In this document: positions 38,729 through 50,891 of the stretch, one piece after another
Position numbering within the stretch: position 1 is the stretch's first letter
How the letters are laid out: every line of letters starts with the position of its first letter
Source of the DNA: Squalus acanthias
Taxonomy: Eukaryota
DNA length: 64,000 nucleotides
Reading direction: 5' to 3'
NCBI GenBank assembly: GCA_030390025.1
Contig: CM059432.1
Location: 30,072,001-30,136,000 of the forward strand
Translations under genes and position numbers: made by a program
The notes under the pieces: generated by a model
Seen by the model: only the letters and a program-made list of their open reading frames with translations
Database searches by the model: none
Told to the model about the DNA's origin: nothing

Positions 38729-38867
38729 CATGATGTGGAGATGCCGGTGTTGGACTGGGGTGGACAAATGTGAGAAGTCGCACAACACCAGGTTATAGTC
38801 CAACAGTTTTATTTGAAATCACAAGCTTTCGGAGCGCTGCTCCTTCATCAGGTGAAGTCGATATAAT
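38729..38867 (-). mobile_element. Penelope-like (pseudo-LTR / retrozyme-type) short insert
   Basis: 9-bp duplication ATATAAGGT (38720-28 / 38868-76); contains a hammerhead core and AATAAA on the minus strand. Confidence 0.75.
38819..38855 (-). ncRNA. Minimal hammerhead ribozyme motif
   Basis: UCAC-CUGAUGA-A-GGAGC(AGC)GCUCC-GAAA-GCUU-GUGA: stem I UCAC/GUGA, stem II GGAGC/GCUCC, palindromic AGCU in place of stem III. Confidence 0.75.
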
Positions 38868-39970
38868 ATATAAGGTGTTCAGGAAAGATAAGGAAGAAAA
38901 GAAAGGAGGTGGGGTGGCAGCATTGATTGAGAATATTACAGTGCTGGAAAGAGATGATGTCCTAGAGGGGTCAAGGACAGAATCTATTTGGTTAGAGTTA
39001 AGAAAGAATAGAGGTGCCATTACACTACTAGGTGTATTCTATAGGCCACCTACTAGTGGGAAGGATATAGAGGAGCAAATTTGCAGGGAAATTACAGAGA
39101 GGTGGAAGAACAATAGAGTAGTGATAATGGGGGGCTTCAATTATCCTAATATAGACTGGGATAGTAATAATATAAAGGGCAGAGAGGAGGAAGAATTTCT
39201 GGTGTGTTCAGGAGAACTTTCTTGATCAGTAAGTTTCTGGCCTAACGAGAAGGCAAATCGTGTTTAATTAACTTGATTGAATTTTTTGATGAGGTAACAG
39301 AGGGTTGATGAAGGCAATGCGGTTGATGTGGTGTACATGGACTTCCAAAAGACGTTTGATAGGAAGTGCCACATAATAGGTTTGCCAGCAAAGTTGAAGC
39401 CCATGGAATAAAAGGGACAGTGGCAGCATGGATACGAAATTGGCTAAGTGACAGAAAAGAGAGTAGCGGTGAACTCTTGTTTATCGGACTGGAGGAAGGT
39501 TTCCATTGGTGTTCCCCAGGGGTTGGTACTAGGACCACTGCTTTTCTCGATATATATTCATGATTTGGACTTAGGTGTACAGAGCACTGTAAGAATCCTG
39601 AGAAATCTCCATTTCAGATTCCCACTAACTAAAATGGACGAAATGAAATAAGCATTATTGAAGGTTTAAGTTTGTATTATGTAACGGTTAGTCAATGCAT
39701 GCCGATTCTTGAATAATCATGCTTTTAAACTAGTGTAATATGCCTTGGGTAGACCCGGTTAGATTTTAAAATGGAAGAAAGAGGCAATGGGCCTGTTTGA
39801 ACAAATATTAAAAATGCAGACTCCAACAAGGCCTGCTAGCAGAACGACAGTCAGTCTGAGAGAAAAACTGAGAGAATTAATGGAATTCCAGAGACGGAGA
39901 TAAGAAGCAAGGACCGTAAGATTGTTAGTTATCTTTTTTTGAATACTTGTTTTAATGTTTTGTGACCATT

Positions 39971-41366
39971 ACATAGAAACATAGAACAGTACAGCACAGT
40001 ACAGGCCCTTCGGCCCTCGATGTTGTGCCGAGCATTGTCCGAGACCAAGATCAAGCTATCACACTCCCTATCACTCTGGTGTGCTCCATGTGCTTATCCA
40101 ATAACCGCTTGAAAGTTCCTAAAGTGTCCGACTCCACTATCACAGCAGGCAGTCCATTCCACACCCCAACCACTCTCTGAGTAAAGAATCTACCTCGGAC
40201 ATCCCTTCTATATCTCCCCCCATGCACCTTATAGTTATGCCCCCTTGTAACAGCTACCTCCACCCGAGGAAATAGTCTCTGAACATCCACTCTATCTATC
40301 CCCCTCATCATCTTATAAACCTCTATTAAGTCGCCTCTCATCCTCCTCCGCTCTAAAGAGAAAAGCCCCAACTCCCTCAATCTTTCCTCATAAGACCTCC
40401 CCCCCAAACCAGGCAGCATCCTGGTAAATCTCCTTTGCACTCTTTCCAATGCTTTCACGTCCTTCCTATAGTGAGGTGACCAGAACTGCACACAATATTC
40501 CAAATGTGGTCTCACCAAGGTCCTGTACAGTTGCAGCATAACCTCACGGTTCTTAAACTCAAACCCTCTGTTAATAAACGCCAACACACCATAGGCCTTC
40601 TTTACTGCTCTGTCCACTTGAGTGGCAACCTTCAGAGATCTGTGGATATGAACCCCCAGATCCCTCTGCTCCTCCACGTTCCTCAGAACCCTGCCGTTGA
40701 CCCTGTAATCCTTATTCAAATTTGCCCTACCAAAATGAATCACCTCGCACTTATCAGGGTTAAATTCCATCTGCCATTTTTCGGCCCAGCTCTGCATCCT
40801 ATCAATGTCTCTTTGCAGCCGACAACAGCCCTCCACCTCATCCACTGCTCCACCAATCTTGGTGTCATCAGCAAATTTACTGATCCACCCTTCAGTCCCC
40901 TCCTCCAAGTCATTGATAAAAATCACAAACAGCAGAGGACCCAGCACCGACCCCTGTGGCACACCGCTGGTAACTGGTCTCCAGTCCGAAAATGTTCCAT
41001 CCACCACCACCCTCTGCCTTCTATGAGATAGCCAGTTACTTATCCAATCGGCCAAATTTCCCTCTATCCCACAACTCCTTACTTTCTTCATGAGCCGACC
41101 ATGGGGAACCTTATCAAACGCCTTACTAAAATCCATGTATACGACATCAACTGCTCTACCTTCATCTACACACTTAGTTACCTCCTCAAAGAATTCAATC
41201 AAATTTGTTAGGCAAGACTTACCCTTCACGAATCCGTGTTGACTATCCCTGATTAAGTTGCCCCTTTCCAAATGGTCATAAACCCTATCCCTCAGGACCT
41301 TTTCCATTATCTTACCAACCACCGAAGTAAGACTAACCGGCCTATAATTACCAGAGTCATTCCTAT
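39971..41366 (-). mobile_element. Young 5'-truncated CR1 with an uninterrupted RT frame
   Basis: 423-aa open frame 40051-41322 (QHGF, KAFD, GVPQG, FADD) and (CTATGTTT)n tail. Confidence 0.95.
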
Positions 41367-41696
41367 TGGTATCTTATAATCATCAGTAATGGATCTATAA
41401 TCGTGTGTAAGGATTAAAAGTAGAAGTTTGTAATCATCAACTGCATGCAAGTATAACCTGAATTATGTTTAACATGTAACCCTTTTTCTTATGCTTACAA
41501 GTCTGTGAGTAAGCTGTAACCAGACAACCTGGGGGTGAGGAAGAGATTGCCATGGTCGAATAGACTGCAGTTAGCCTGGGAACCAAAGTCAGGTGCAGTT
41601 AGAATTGTGCTGGAATGTCATAACATCTGCAGTGAATTATAAAAAAAGGCCAACAGTAGGGGCCGTGTCCCAACCTATGGAGACATATTCCTTTTG

Positions 41697-42312
41697 TATT
41701 GCCATCTCGAGGCAGTACAAAGAAGGTTCACTCGGTTAATCCCCGGGATGAGGGGGTGGACATACGAGGAGAGGTTGAGTAGATTGGGACTCTACTCATT
41801 GGAGTTCAGAAGAATGAGAGGCGATCTTATTGAAACATATAAGATTGTGAAGGGGCTTGATCGGGTGGATGCGGTAAGGATGTTCCCAAGGATGGGTGAA
41901 ACTAGAACTAGGGGGCATAATCTTAGAATCAGGGGCTGCTCTTTCAAAACTGAGATGAGGAGAAACTTCTTCACTCAGAGGGTAGTAGGTCTGTGGAATT
42001 TGCTGCCCCAGGAAGCTGTGGAAGCTACATCATTAAATAAATTTAAAACAGAAATAGACAGTTTCCTAGAAGTAAAGGGAATTCGGGGTTACAGGGAGCG
42101 GGCAGGAAATTGGACATGAGGCTGAGTTCGGATCGGTCAAGGCCCTGTGGGTGGCGTAGCGGGCCCAGGGGCTGAGTGGCCGGGTCCTGCTCCTACTTCT
42201 TGTGTTCTTTAGATTTGAGGTGAGGATCAGATCAGCCATGATCTTATTGAATGGCGGAGCAGGCTCGAAGGGCCGATTGGCCTACTCCTGCTCCTATTTC
42301 TTATGTTCTTAT
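41697..42312 (+). mobile_element. CR1 3' fragment with a doubled 3'UTR
   Basis: EAVQRRFTRLIPG..; two successive tail modules. Confidence 0.9.
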
Positions 42313-44469
42313 AACTACCCCAGATACGATTCTTGATGGTCAAAAACAGATGATGTAAGAGTGTCATCAGACTAAAAACCTGTGTGCTACGAACGTGGCA
42401 TCTTTATGACTGGATTCTGGGTTTGGGTGTCAGCCAGTGATTGGTTCAGGACGACTCCATAGGTTTTGGTTGAGAGTAAGGGTATAAGAAGGGGGTCTTA
42501 ACAGCCACAAAGTGTAGCAAATCTCAGGAGTAAGAGATTTCAGGACGAATCAAAGAGACACCCGGGAGTCGGAGAGAGACACACAGGAGACACAGGGTGC
42601 AGCCTACTCACAGTTGCGGCTCCTACCCAGAGGATAACGGGGTAATACAAGTCTCAATTATTCTCTGTAAACTGCTGCTCTGATACTGTAATTTATTAAG
42701 TCTTGCTTGTGCTGAATAAAGTTAAATCACTGTCCCAATATAGGTCAACCTCGAATCATTTGGAATTAGGGTCCCTCTGGGATCTTACAGCACAATTTCA
42801 AAATTTGCAGATGACACAAAACTTGGAAGTATAGTGAACAGTGAGGAGGATAGGGATAGACTTCAAGAGGACATAAACAGGCTGGTGGAATGGGCGGACA
42901 CGTGGCAGATGAAGTTTAACGCAGAAAAGTGCGAAGTGATACATTTTGGTAAGAAGAACAAGGAGAGGCAATATAAACTAAAGGGTACAATTTTAAAAGG
43001 GGTGCAGGAACAGAAAGACCTGGGGGTATATGTGCACAAATCATTGAAGGTGGCAGGGCAGGTTAAGAAGGTGGTCAAAAAAAAGCATATGGAATTCTGG
43101 GCTTTATAAATAGAGGCATAGAGTACAAAAGCAAGGAAGTTATGATGAACCTTTATAAAACACTGGTTCGGCCTCAACAGGAGTAGTGTGTCCAATTCTG
43201 GGCACCACACTTTAGGAAGGATGTGAAGGCTTTAGAGAGGGTGCAGAAAAGATTTTCAAGAATGGTTCCAGGGATGAGGGACTGCAGTTACGTGGATAGA
43301 CTGGAGAAGCTGGGGTTGTTCTCCTTAGAGCAGAGAAGGTTGAGGGGAAATTTGATAGAGGTTTTCAAAATCATGAGGGGTCTCGACGGAGTAGACTGCC
43401 TGAAAGGGTGATGGAAGCAGATTCAATCGTGGCTTTCAAAAGGGAATTGGATAAGTACCTGAAGGAAAAAGATTTGCAGGGCTACTGGGAAAGGGCGGGG
43501 GAGTGGGACTAGCTGAAGTGCTCTTGCAGAGAGCCAGCACGGGCTCGACGGGCCGAATGGCCTCCTACTGTGCTATAATGATTCTATTCTAGTAGATGCC
43601 AGTCAGTGCCAAATACTCATTTGATACTTCTAATATAGACTGCCGTTACATCAGCTGTCCATTATCCAAATTCCATTTTACAGGTTGATTTCATCATGGA
43701 AATATTCTGTTCTGATCTATTTATAGATTCATTCTGGCAAAAAAAAGTTTTATCTAGTGACCTTTCCCAATGTCCTATTAAAATAAAATTCCTTCATACT
43801 GGTCTCCTTCAATTAGTCTCTTAGAAAGCAAAGGCAGTGAAGCAGCACAACGGTTGGTAAGACAACACACCACAGGGCACTGGCTCAAGCCCACAATAAG
43901 CTAGTGGCGATTATCTTTATCTCAGCCAAGCGGTCGGGGGGCCTCCCCCACATGTAAGTGATGGAAAGTCAAAGCGACGGCAGGCACACACTTGTAAGTG
44001 CGACTGCCAGCAGCCAGGCATGGGACTGGTCGCCCCCTCCTTTTCACAAATGCCACCAAATGTAGTTTGGTAAATCAAAGAAGGGGCAGTCCTGTTGGGT
44101 CAAATGGCCTTTTCTTATTCCTCGGCATTTTTAAAGCTCTTAACTGTGGAATCATCAGGAAAAAAAATGCATAAAAAAGTGAAAGGGAGTTGCTGCTTCC
44201 TTTTGTGCTCCTTGCACAGTTCCTACATGTAAACAGGACTGACACCACTAGCAACTCGTGCTCTGTGGGTTTGACTTGCTCGATTCATGTACGGTAACCT
44301 AGTGGTCATGGTACGATCCACTGTAGGCCAACATGACGACATCCTGCAAGGGAATACTGAGAAACAGAAACAAGCCCTCCCCCCCAATATATAAATACAT
44401 TGCGCCTTATAACTTCTCTTAGCAATTTCAAAAGCATTTTGCACACAATTAATTATTTTGCAGAGACTG

Positions 44470-44650
44470 CTGATCTGTAGACAAACGCAGCAGTCAGCTC
44501 GCACACAGCAAAATCCTGCAATCAGCCGCAAGATGGATGATCGATTTGTTTATTTTTGGTGGTGCGGGTTTAGGGAGAAAATGTTTCCCAGGACACTGGG
44601 AGAACTCCATGTTCTTTTTCAAATAGTGCTATGAGATCTTGAACAGCCCT
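44470..44650 (-). mobile_element. DeuSINE fragment, degraded
   Basis: CCAGGACACTGGGAGAACTCC..AAATAGTGCTATGAGATCTT. Confidence 0.6.
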
Positions 44651-45227
44651 TGGAACAGGCACAAGGGGCCTCGTCTCATCAGTACTACAACTGACGGGTA
44701 AATTAACTACTGCTGTTTCAATTATCGTCCACTCGGTGCAGAGGTACAAACTGTGCTCTGGCATTTAACCAGTTTGGGTGTTTAAGCTCTTCCCAACCCT
44801 TTGAGTGGCAAGCCTTACAATTATTAAAAATGTTTTTATTTTTCTCAAACGGATTTATTTTTAGTTTGCTAACTAAAGGAACGCTGAGACTCAATAGGAT
44901 CTTTCCATTCTCAGAATAAGCACCTGCGCCAAGACTTGTTCCTGCAATCTATTTTATCTCTCTCCAGTCTCCACTCACAGGTCTTGCAGGCTTTTCAGGA
45001 AACGAGACAATGCAGTTCATCACTGGGCCGCAGATTGCAGGGTCATGGCCCTCTGGCATCACGTGCCAAGTTCTGAATCTCAGCCATGGGGATTGTGGAG
45101 ACACCGAGAACAAGTCAGTCATTCCCCCACAAAGAGGGGAAGGTAGGTAAGCACCAAGTCCAGGGTGGAGTCACACAGATTAAATACCATTGTGGCCTAC
45201 AATAAGGCATTTATCCACCTTCTCGAT

Positions 45228-45925
45228 GGCCCAGATTTTCCGGGGCCTATGACCACGTATGTAGTCGTAAGTGCCCCGCAAGCGTGAAGACCCGGAACTT
45301 GCGACGTGTCAAGTTTCAGCTTGACAGATTGTACGAATCCGCAGGAAATGGACATTCGCTGGCGCAGAGTTGGGCTATTTGCCCAACTACTGCCGAGCGA
45401 ATGCCCACGAAAATCTCACGCCTAATAAAAGCAGACTTAAGGTCTTTTACCAGCGTAAAGGTTTAAATAAATATTAAAATAAAATTTAAATGATTTAAAG
45501 ATTCAAAAACCTTTAAAATTATTTTTGTTCCCTTTAAAAATGTTTAAATTTATTTTTCAAAATTTTTTATTTGTCTTAAATGTTTAATTAAATTGTATTT
45601 TAATTAATTTTGAACGCGATGATTTATTTTGATTTAAGTGGGGTGAAGGTGTGTTTTTGGGGATTCCTATTCATGCTTATGGGAATTCCGTACGTAAATG
45701 GAATCCCTATAAGCATAATGGGAATCCCCCTTTGTGATTGGTTGGGCCGGCCCATGTGATCCCAGGGACGCTTGCGAACCGAGTGCGCTCCAGGGATACG
45801 TGGACCTTTGCGTAGGCGTGTGCCTGTAGGTCCAGGAGCGTAGTTGTCGAAGCTACGGAGGCACCAGGTCGGTGCGTACTTTTCTTGCGGTTTGGAGGCG
45901 TTCGCCCGCGGGAAAGTAGATCGGA
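45228..45925. mobile_element. Harbinger-type MITE, right end apparently missing
   Basis: Starts GGCCCAGATTTT like the TIR of the 54219 element; same GC-arm / AT-core layout and a CA(C/T)GTGATCCCA motif. Confidence 0.55.
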
Positions 45926-47464
45926 ACGTTGAAGAATACAGGTTCAGTTTCAGTATTCAAAATAAAAACAGACAGATTTATGATTCATCAGGAGAGAGTA
46001 TAAGCACAGCATCAAGGTAGCAGCGAAATGAAAATGGACTGACTACTGAACGAGCTGACATTATACCAAACTGTCTCTCATCCGATCACCAACATAGATC
46101 GCAGTCAGAAGCGAGAAGCCACAGCAGCGGCTGCTACCTCTGCCGCTGCTAAAGTATTACTTTACAAAGAATTAAAACTTTACTGATTTGAAGCAGGTTG
46201 GAAAGGCCAAGGAAAATAAACCAAAACACAGGGTACAGGAAAGCAGATTTCAACCACTGCACAGGAAGCATGCTCTTGGAAATTTGGTATCAAAGTGAAC
46301 TGCAATGCCAAAGGATAACAGGAAGTTGACAGTCTGGCATTCAGGTAGCTGCTGTGGCCGAACGTTCACGGCTCAACCAGAAGGCTAAGAGGTTCGAGTA
46401 ACGGAGAAACAGTCACTCAAACTTGCTCCGCTGGCCAAACTCTGCTAAATCTCAGCCAGGATTCCAGAGGGAGTATTATACAATCGGAGTAACAGAGCAG
46501 AAACCTCCCAGTTTATCCCGGCAGCATTGAGGTGTGTGGATCTGTCACTCTGTTTTCCATTTCCAGGGAAAACACAGTGAAGGTAGCAAGGGAGGCTGGA
46601 GTGAAACATAAAGGCACAGCTATTGCTTTAATAGCATTAATCTATATCAGTGAAATTCATAATAAAGCCCAGGGGTCACTGGCAGCCTGCTTTCCCCTTC
46701 ACTTCTGGCTCTCGAGACTTGTTGTTCCATACACCTCTGACTCAGCCTCTCCAGCTGCAGGATGTTGACCAAGCTGGGTTTCAGTACCCTTTGCTCCCCA
46801 ACAACAAGGGTTGTTACTAAGAGACAGTTACTGCTGGATTTCTGTAGAAGACCCTATTAATATAATTTAACAAAGGACCCACACCTGAAATGTAAAGTGG
46901 TCTGTTCTCTCCACAGATGTTGACTGAGTGCTTCCAGCATTTTCTGTTTTTTTGTATTAATTTCCAGCATTTTGTGTTCCTATTCAAACATAATTATGTA
47001 ATACAATTATTGGTTCTATAGTTTCCTCCCGCTCCCATTGGGGCATGGGGGAGGGTGACGGGTGCCTGGCCTTCTCTTAGCATTACTGAAATCAGCAGCA
47101 CACTGTTGGTTTATTGATTGCTTATTGTATCCTTGGCTAAGGTACAGCCAGACTTAAAAATGGCTTCTGTGAAGATGCCGATGATTTTGATTGGCGGTTT
47201 AGATTTTGGTTTCCAGGGTTTTCTGTTTTTCTTTCAGAGGGTCTGAGCAGTTTCTCATCATGTAAGAAATAAACAACCGTTTTCAAGGTTGAGCTTTATG
47301 TTGAGAGGTCGCTCAGGGAGAAGCACCCTTGTTCTGATATATTGTGAAGTATAGTAAAGTTTGCACTGTTCATTTACTTGGTCCATGTTAAACAAGTCAT
47401 CTGTCGCCTTAGCTCAAGTCTCATTCTAATGAATAAAAGTATATATTCAGTCTGCTGACCAAAG

Positions 47465-47890
47465 GAGTCAGCCATGGTTCAGTGGTAGAACTCTTGCCTC
47501 GGACTCAAAGTTGTGGGTTCAAGCTCCACTTCAGAGACTTGAGCACACAATCTAGGACGACACTTTAGTGCAGTACTGAGGGAATGCTGCACTGTCGAAG
47601 GTGCTGTCTTTCGGATGAAACTTTAAACCAAGGCCCTGTCTGCCCTCTCGGGTGGATGTAAAAGATCCCATGGCACTATTTCAAGAAAAGCTGGGGAGTT
47701 CTCTAGGTGTCCTGGCCAATATTTGTCCCTCAACATCACCAAAACAGATTATCTGGTAATTTATCTCATTGCTGTTTGTGGGATCTAGCTGTGCACAAAT
47801 TGCCCTACATTACAATTGTGACTACATTTTAAAAGTACTTAATTGGCTAAGAAGCACTTTGGGACGTCCCGAAAGCCGCTATATAAAATA
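47465..47890 (+). mobile_element. DeuSINE, near full length
   Basis: tRNA-like head, Deu core and tail. Confidence 0.9.
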
Positions 47891-47989
47891 ACTTTTATTT
47901 ATAGCATCTTTCATGACCTCAGGACGTCTCAAAGTGCTTTACAGCCAATGAAGTACTTTTAAAATGTAGTCACAGTTGTAATGTAGGGT

Positions 47990-49236
47990 AATCATGCTGG
48001 ACTAATCTACTGGAATTTTTTGAGGATGTAACTGGGAGAACCAGTGGATGTGGTGTATTTGGACTTTCAGAAGGCTTTCGATAAGGTCCCGCATAAGAGA
48101 TTAGCGTGCAAAGTTAAAGCACATGGGATTGGGGGTAAGGTACTGACTTGGATAGAGAACTGGTTGGCAGACAGGAAGCAAAGAGTTGGAATAAACGGGC
48201 CTTTTTTCGAGTGGCAGGCAGTGACTAGTGGGGTACCGCAGGGATCGGTGCTAGGACCCCAGTTATTCACAATATATATTAATGATCTAGACGAGGGAAC
48301 TAGATGTAATATCTCCAAGTTTGCAGATGACACAAAGCTGGGTGGGCGTGTGTGCTGTGAGGAGGATGCAGAGAAACTCCAGTATGATTTGGACAGGTTG
48401 GGTGATTGGGCAGATGTAGTATAATGTGGATAAATGCGAGGTTATCCACTTTGGTGGCAAAAACAGGAAGGCAGATTATCTGAACGACAATAGATTGGGA
48501 AAAGGGGAAGTGCAACGAGACCTGGGTGTCCTTGTGCACCAGTCGCTGAAGGTAAGCATGCAGGTGCAGCAGGCGGTTAAGAAGGCAAATGGTATGTTGG
48601 CCTTCATAGCGAGAGGATTCACGTACAGGAGCAAGGATGTCTTGCTGCAGTTGTACAGGGCCTTGGTGAGACCACACCTTGAGTATTGTGTGCAGTTTTG
48701 GTCGCCTTATCTGAGGAAGGATGTTCTTGCCATGGAGGGAGTGCAGCGAAGATTCACCAGACTGATACCTGGGATGGCAGGAATGACGTATGAGGAGAGA
48801 TTGGGTTGATTGGGCTTGTATTCGCTAGAGTTTAGAAGAATGAGAGGGGATCTCATTGAAACTTATAAAATTCTAACAGGACTAGACAGACTAGATGCAG
48901 GAAGGATGTGCCCGATGTTCGGGGAGTCCAGAACCAGGGGTCACAGTCTAAGGATAAGGGGTAAGCCAGTTAGGACTGAGATGAGGAGGAATTTCTTCAC
49001 CCAGAGAGTGGTGAACCTGTGGAATTCTCTACCAAAGAAGGCAGTTGAGGCCAATTCATTAAATATATTCAAGAAGGAGTTAGATATATTTCTTAAGGCT
49101 AAAGGGATCAAGGGATATGGGGAGAAAGCAGGGACAGGGTACTGAATTTGGATGATCAGCCATGATCTCATTAAATGGTGGAACAGGCTCGAGGGGCCGA
49201 ATGGCCTACTCCTGCTCCTATCGTCTATGTTTCTAT
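47990..49236 (+). mobile_element. CR1 3' portion (RT to tail) inserted into a minus-strand DeuSINE tail
   Basis: DFQKAFDKVPH..FADD..RPHLEYCVQFW; TSD ATGAAGTACTT (47948-58 / 49235-45). Confidence 0.93.
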
Positions 49237-49474
49237 GAAGTACTTCTGAAGTGTAGTCACTGTTGTAGTTTAGGAATGCAAGTTCTTTCTGTCAAAGATG
49301 GAGAGAATCAGGTGGTAGTATATGGTATCTTCCAGCAAGTCGGCATAGTCTGCCAAGGAATCTCTGTTCATTCCATGGGGCCCCGCTATCATTTGTCTAG
49401 ATACTGGGTAAGTGAAGGCACACTTTGAACTGTACGGGATTCAAGGTCTGCTTGCAGGTGCGATTGGCGACACC

Positions 49475-49615
49475 TTTTTTATTCGTTCCTGGGATGTGGG
49501 CGTCGTTGGGAAGGCCCATCCCTAATTGCCCTCGAGAAGGTGGTGGTGAGCTGCCTTCTTGAACCGCTGCAGTCGGTGTAGTGAAGGTACTCCCACAGTG
49601 CTGTTAGAGAGGAAG
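49475..49615 (-). mobile_element. CR1-like LINE (second family) 3' tail
   Basis: Reverse complement of the joined 8820-8880 and 18887-18976. Confidence 0.8.
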
Positions 49616-50419
49616 TTCAAGTGGAACACAGATGCACGCCTATATCACTCAGTGTGTCCAGAGAGCAGTCCTCAAGGGAGGTTGGAATTGAGGCCCTTGA
49701 CAAGCAGTGAGTAACACTGGCCTGTGTGCTACACAAAGCAGGAGATTGGTGATGGCGGTATTGAGCACCAGAGAGAGACAGATAAAGTCAAATATTTCTC
49801 AGTGTTATTGGTCAATGTGCTATGAAGCATATTGATGTTAATGTGAAACAGAAACACGAGAGCACGTCCCACTAAATTAACTCTCTGGAAATAGTCAATT
49901 TTAGCTTTTTAATACTCCAAGGTGGTTATTAGTAATTTAATTTCCTTTTCATTAACCGTTATCTGCAAGACAATATACTACCAGCCCTGACCTCTTCATG
50001 TGAGCAAATGTTTAAATCTAGCCTGATTAATTCAGCTGTTTAAAGAAAAAGAGAGAGAATGGGAGAAGTGGAGAAATGGCTTGGCTTTTAGCTATCAAAA
50101 GGAATGAGGCTTGATGTTGATAGTGATGGAATTTCTAATGCTGCAAATTGATTGAATGCTGCAATTACAGCTCGCAGTAACTCAAGGAAATGGGATCGTC
50201 CCTCTCGGCCAAACACTTCTCTTTATTTAAAGCAATCCAATTTGCAAGGATAATTATATATTAGCGTTTCATCTGCAATCGGAAATGAACACGGGGATAG
50301 AGCAAGCCAAGTGCGAGCACGTTATTGCTGCAAATTACTTGGTATCTGTCTCCTTTCACATAAAGAGAAAATTGGGCAATCAATTAGAAGCGGGGCGGGT
50401 TGCAGTACAAGAGAGCGAT

Positions 50420-50434
50420 GCTGCCCCCTACTGG
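50420..50434 (-). promoter_or_regulatory. CTCF-like motif
   Basis: CCAGTAGGGGGCAGC on the minus strand, in unique sequence; motif match only. Confidence 0.45.
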
Positions 50435-50891
50435 AGCCCTGCAGCTGCTGCCTGTTATTGTTCAGCAGCTTCCCAAGATGAACAAGCATTCTCTCAATTA
50501 CTGATTCTTGCCGCATTTTATTCACGTCAACACAGTAACCCCCTTCCTCCAAACAATGGAATTATTATTAGACAAAATGAATACAATGGCACCTTAAAGA
50601 ATTTCTCTCAATACAAGACTATCCATATGACAAATTCACTCCCCACTCTTATCTTAACTTTTAAACAAATAATGTTTTATTAAACTCTTCCCCTTCTGGC
50701 TCAGGTAATCAATAGAATGCCCAATATGTTACTGAGCTGTACTGACCAGGCAAGTTCAGATTTGATTACTGTTCTGTGCTGCGTTAGCGGATATTTAGTC
50801 AACGCAACAAAAGAGGCGAGCCACAGCGCAGGAAGGCGTGCGTGCCGCAGGACCGCACGCAAACAGAAGCGCACGCACGTGCGCCACAGGA

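Larger units (their letters stand above)
39588..42789 (+). mobile_element. Solo LTR (~1.2 kb after removing two nested CR1s), Gypsy- or ERV1-type
   Basis: TGTAAGA...TCTTACA termini; 4-bp TSD GCAC; TATAAG at 42483 and AATAAA at 42715. Confidence 0.88.
38440..43590 (+). mobile_element. CR1 LINE (ORF2, internally deleted); host of the Penelope fragment and the solo LTR
   Basis: AITETWL, GVFYRPP and RT remnants; DLGVQST|ISKFADD rejoins across the LTR; tail at ~43590. Confidence 0.9.

Noticed and set aside
44227..44356. Possible minus-strand exon (polypyrimidine acceptor, open in phase 1, VFPCRMSSCWP..)
   Set aside because: Weak donor (CAT|GTAGGA) and no resemblance to ZC3H3; needs RNA evidence.
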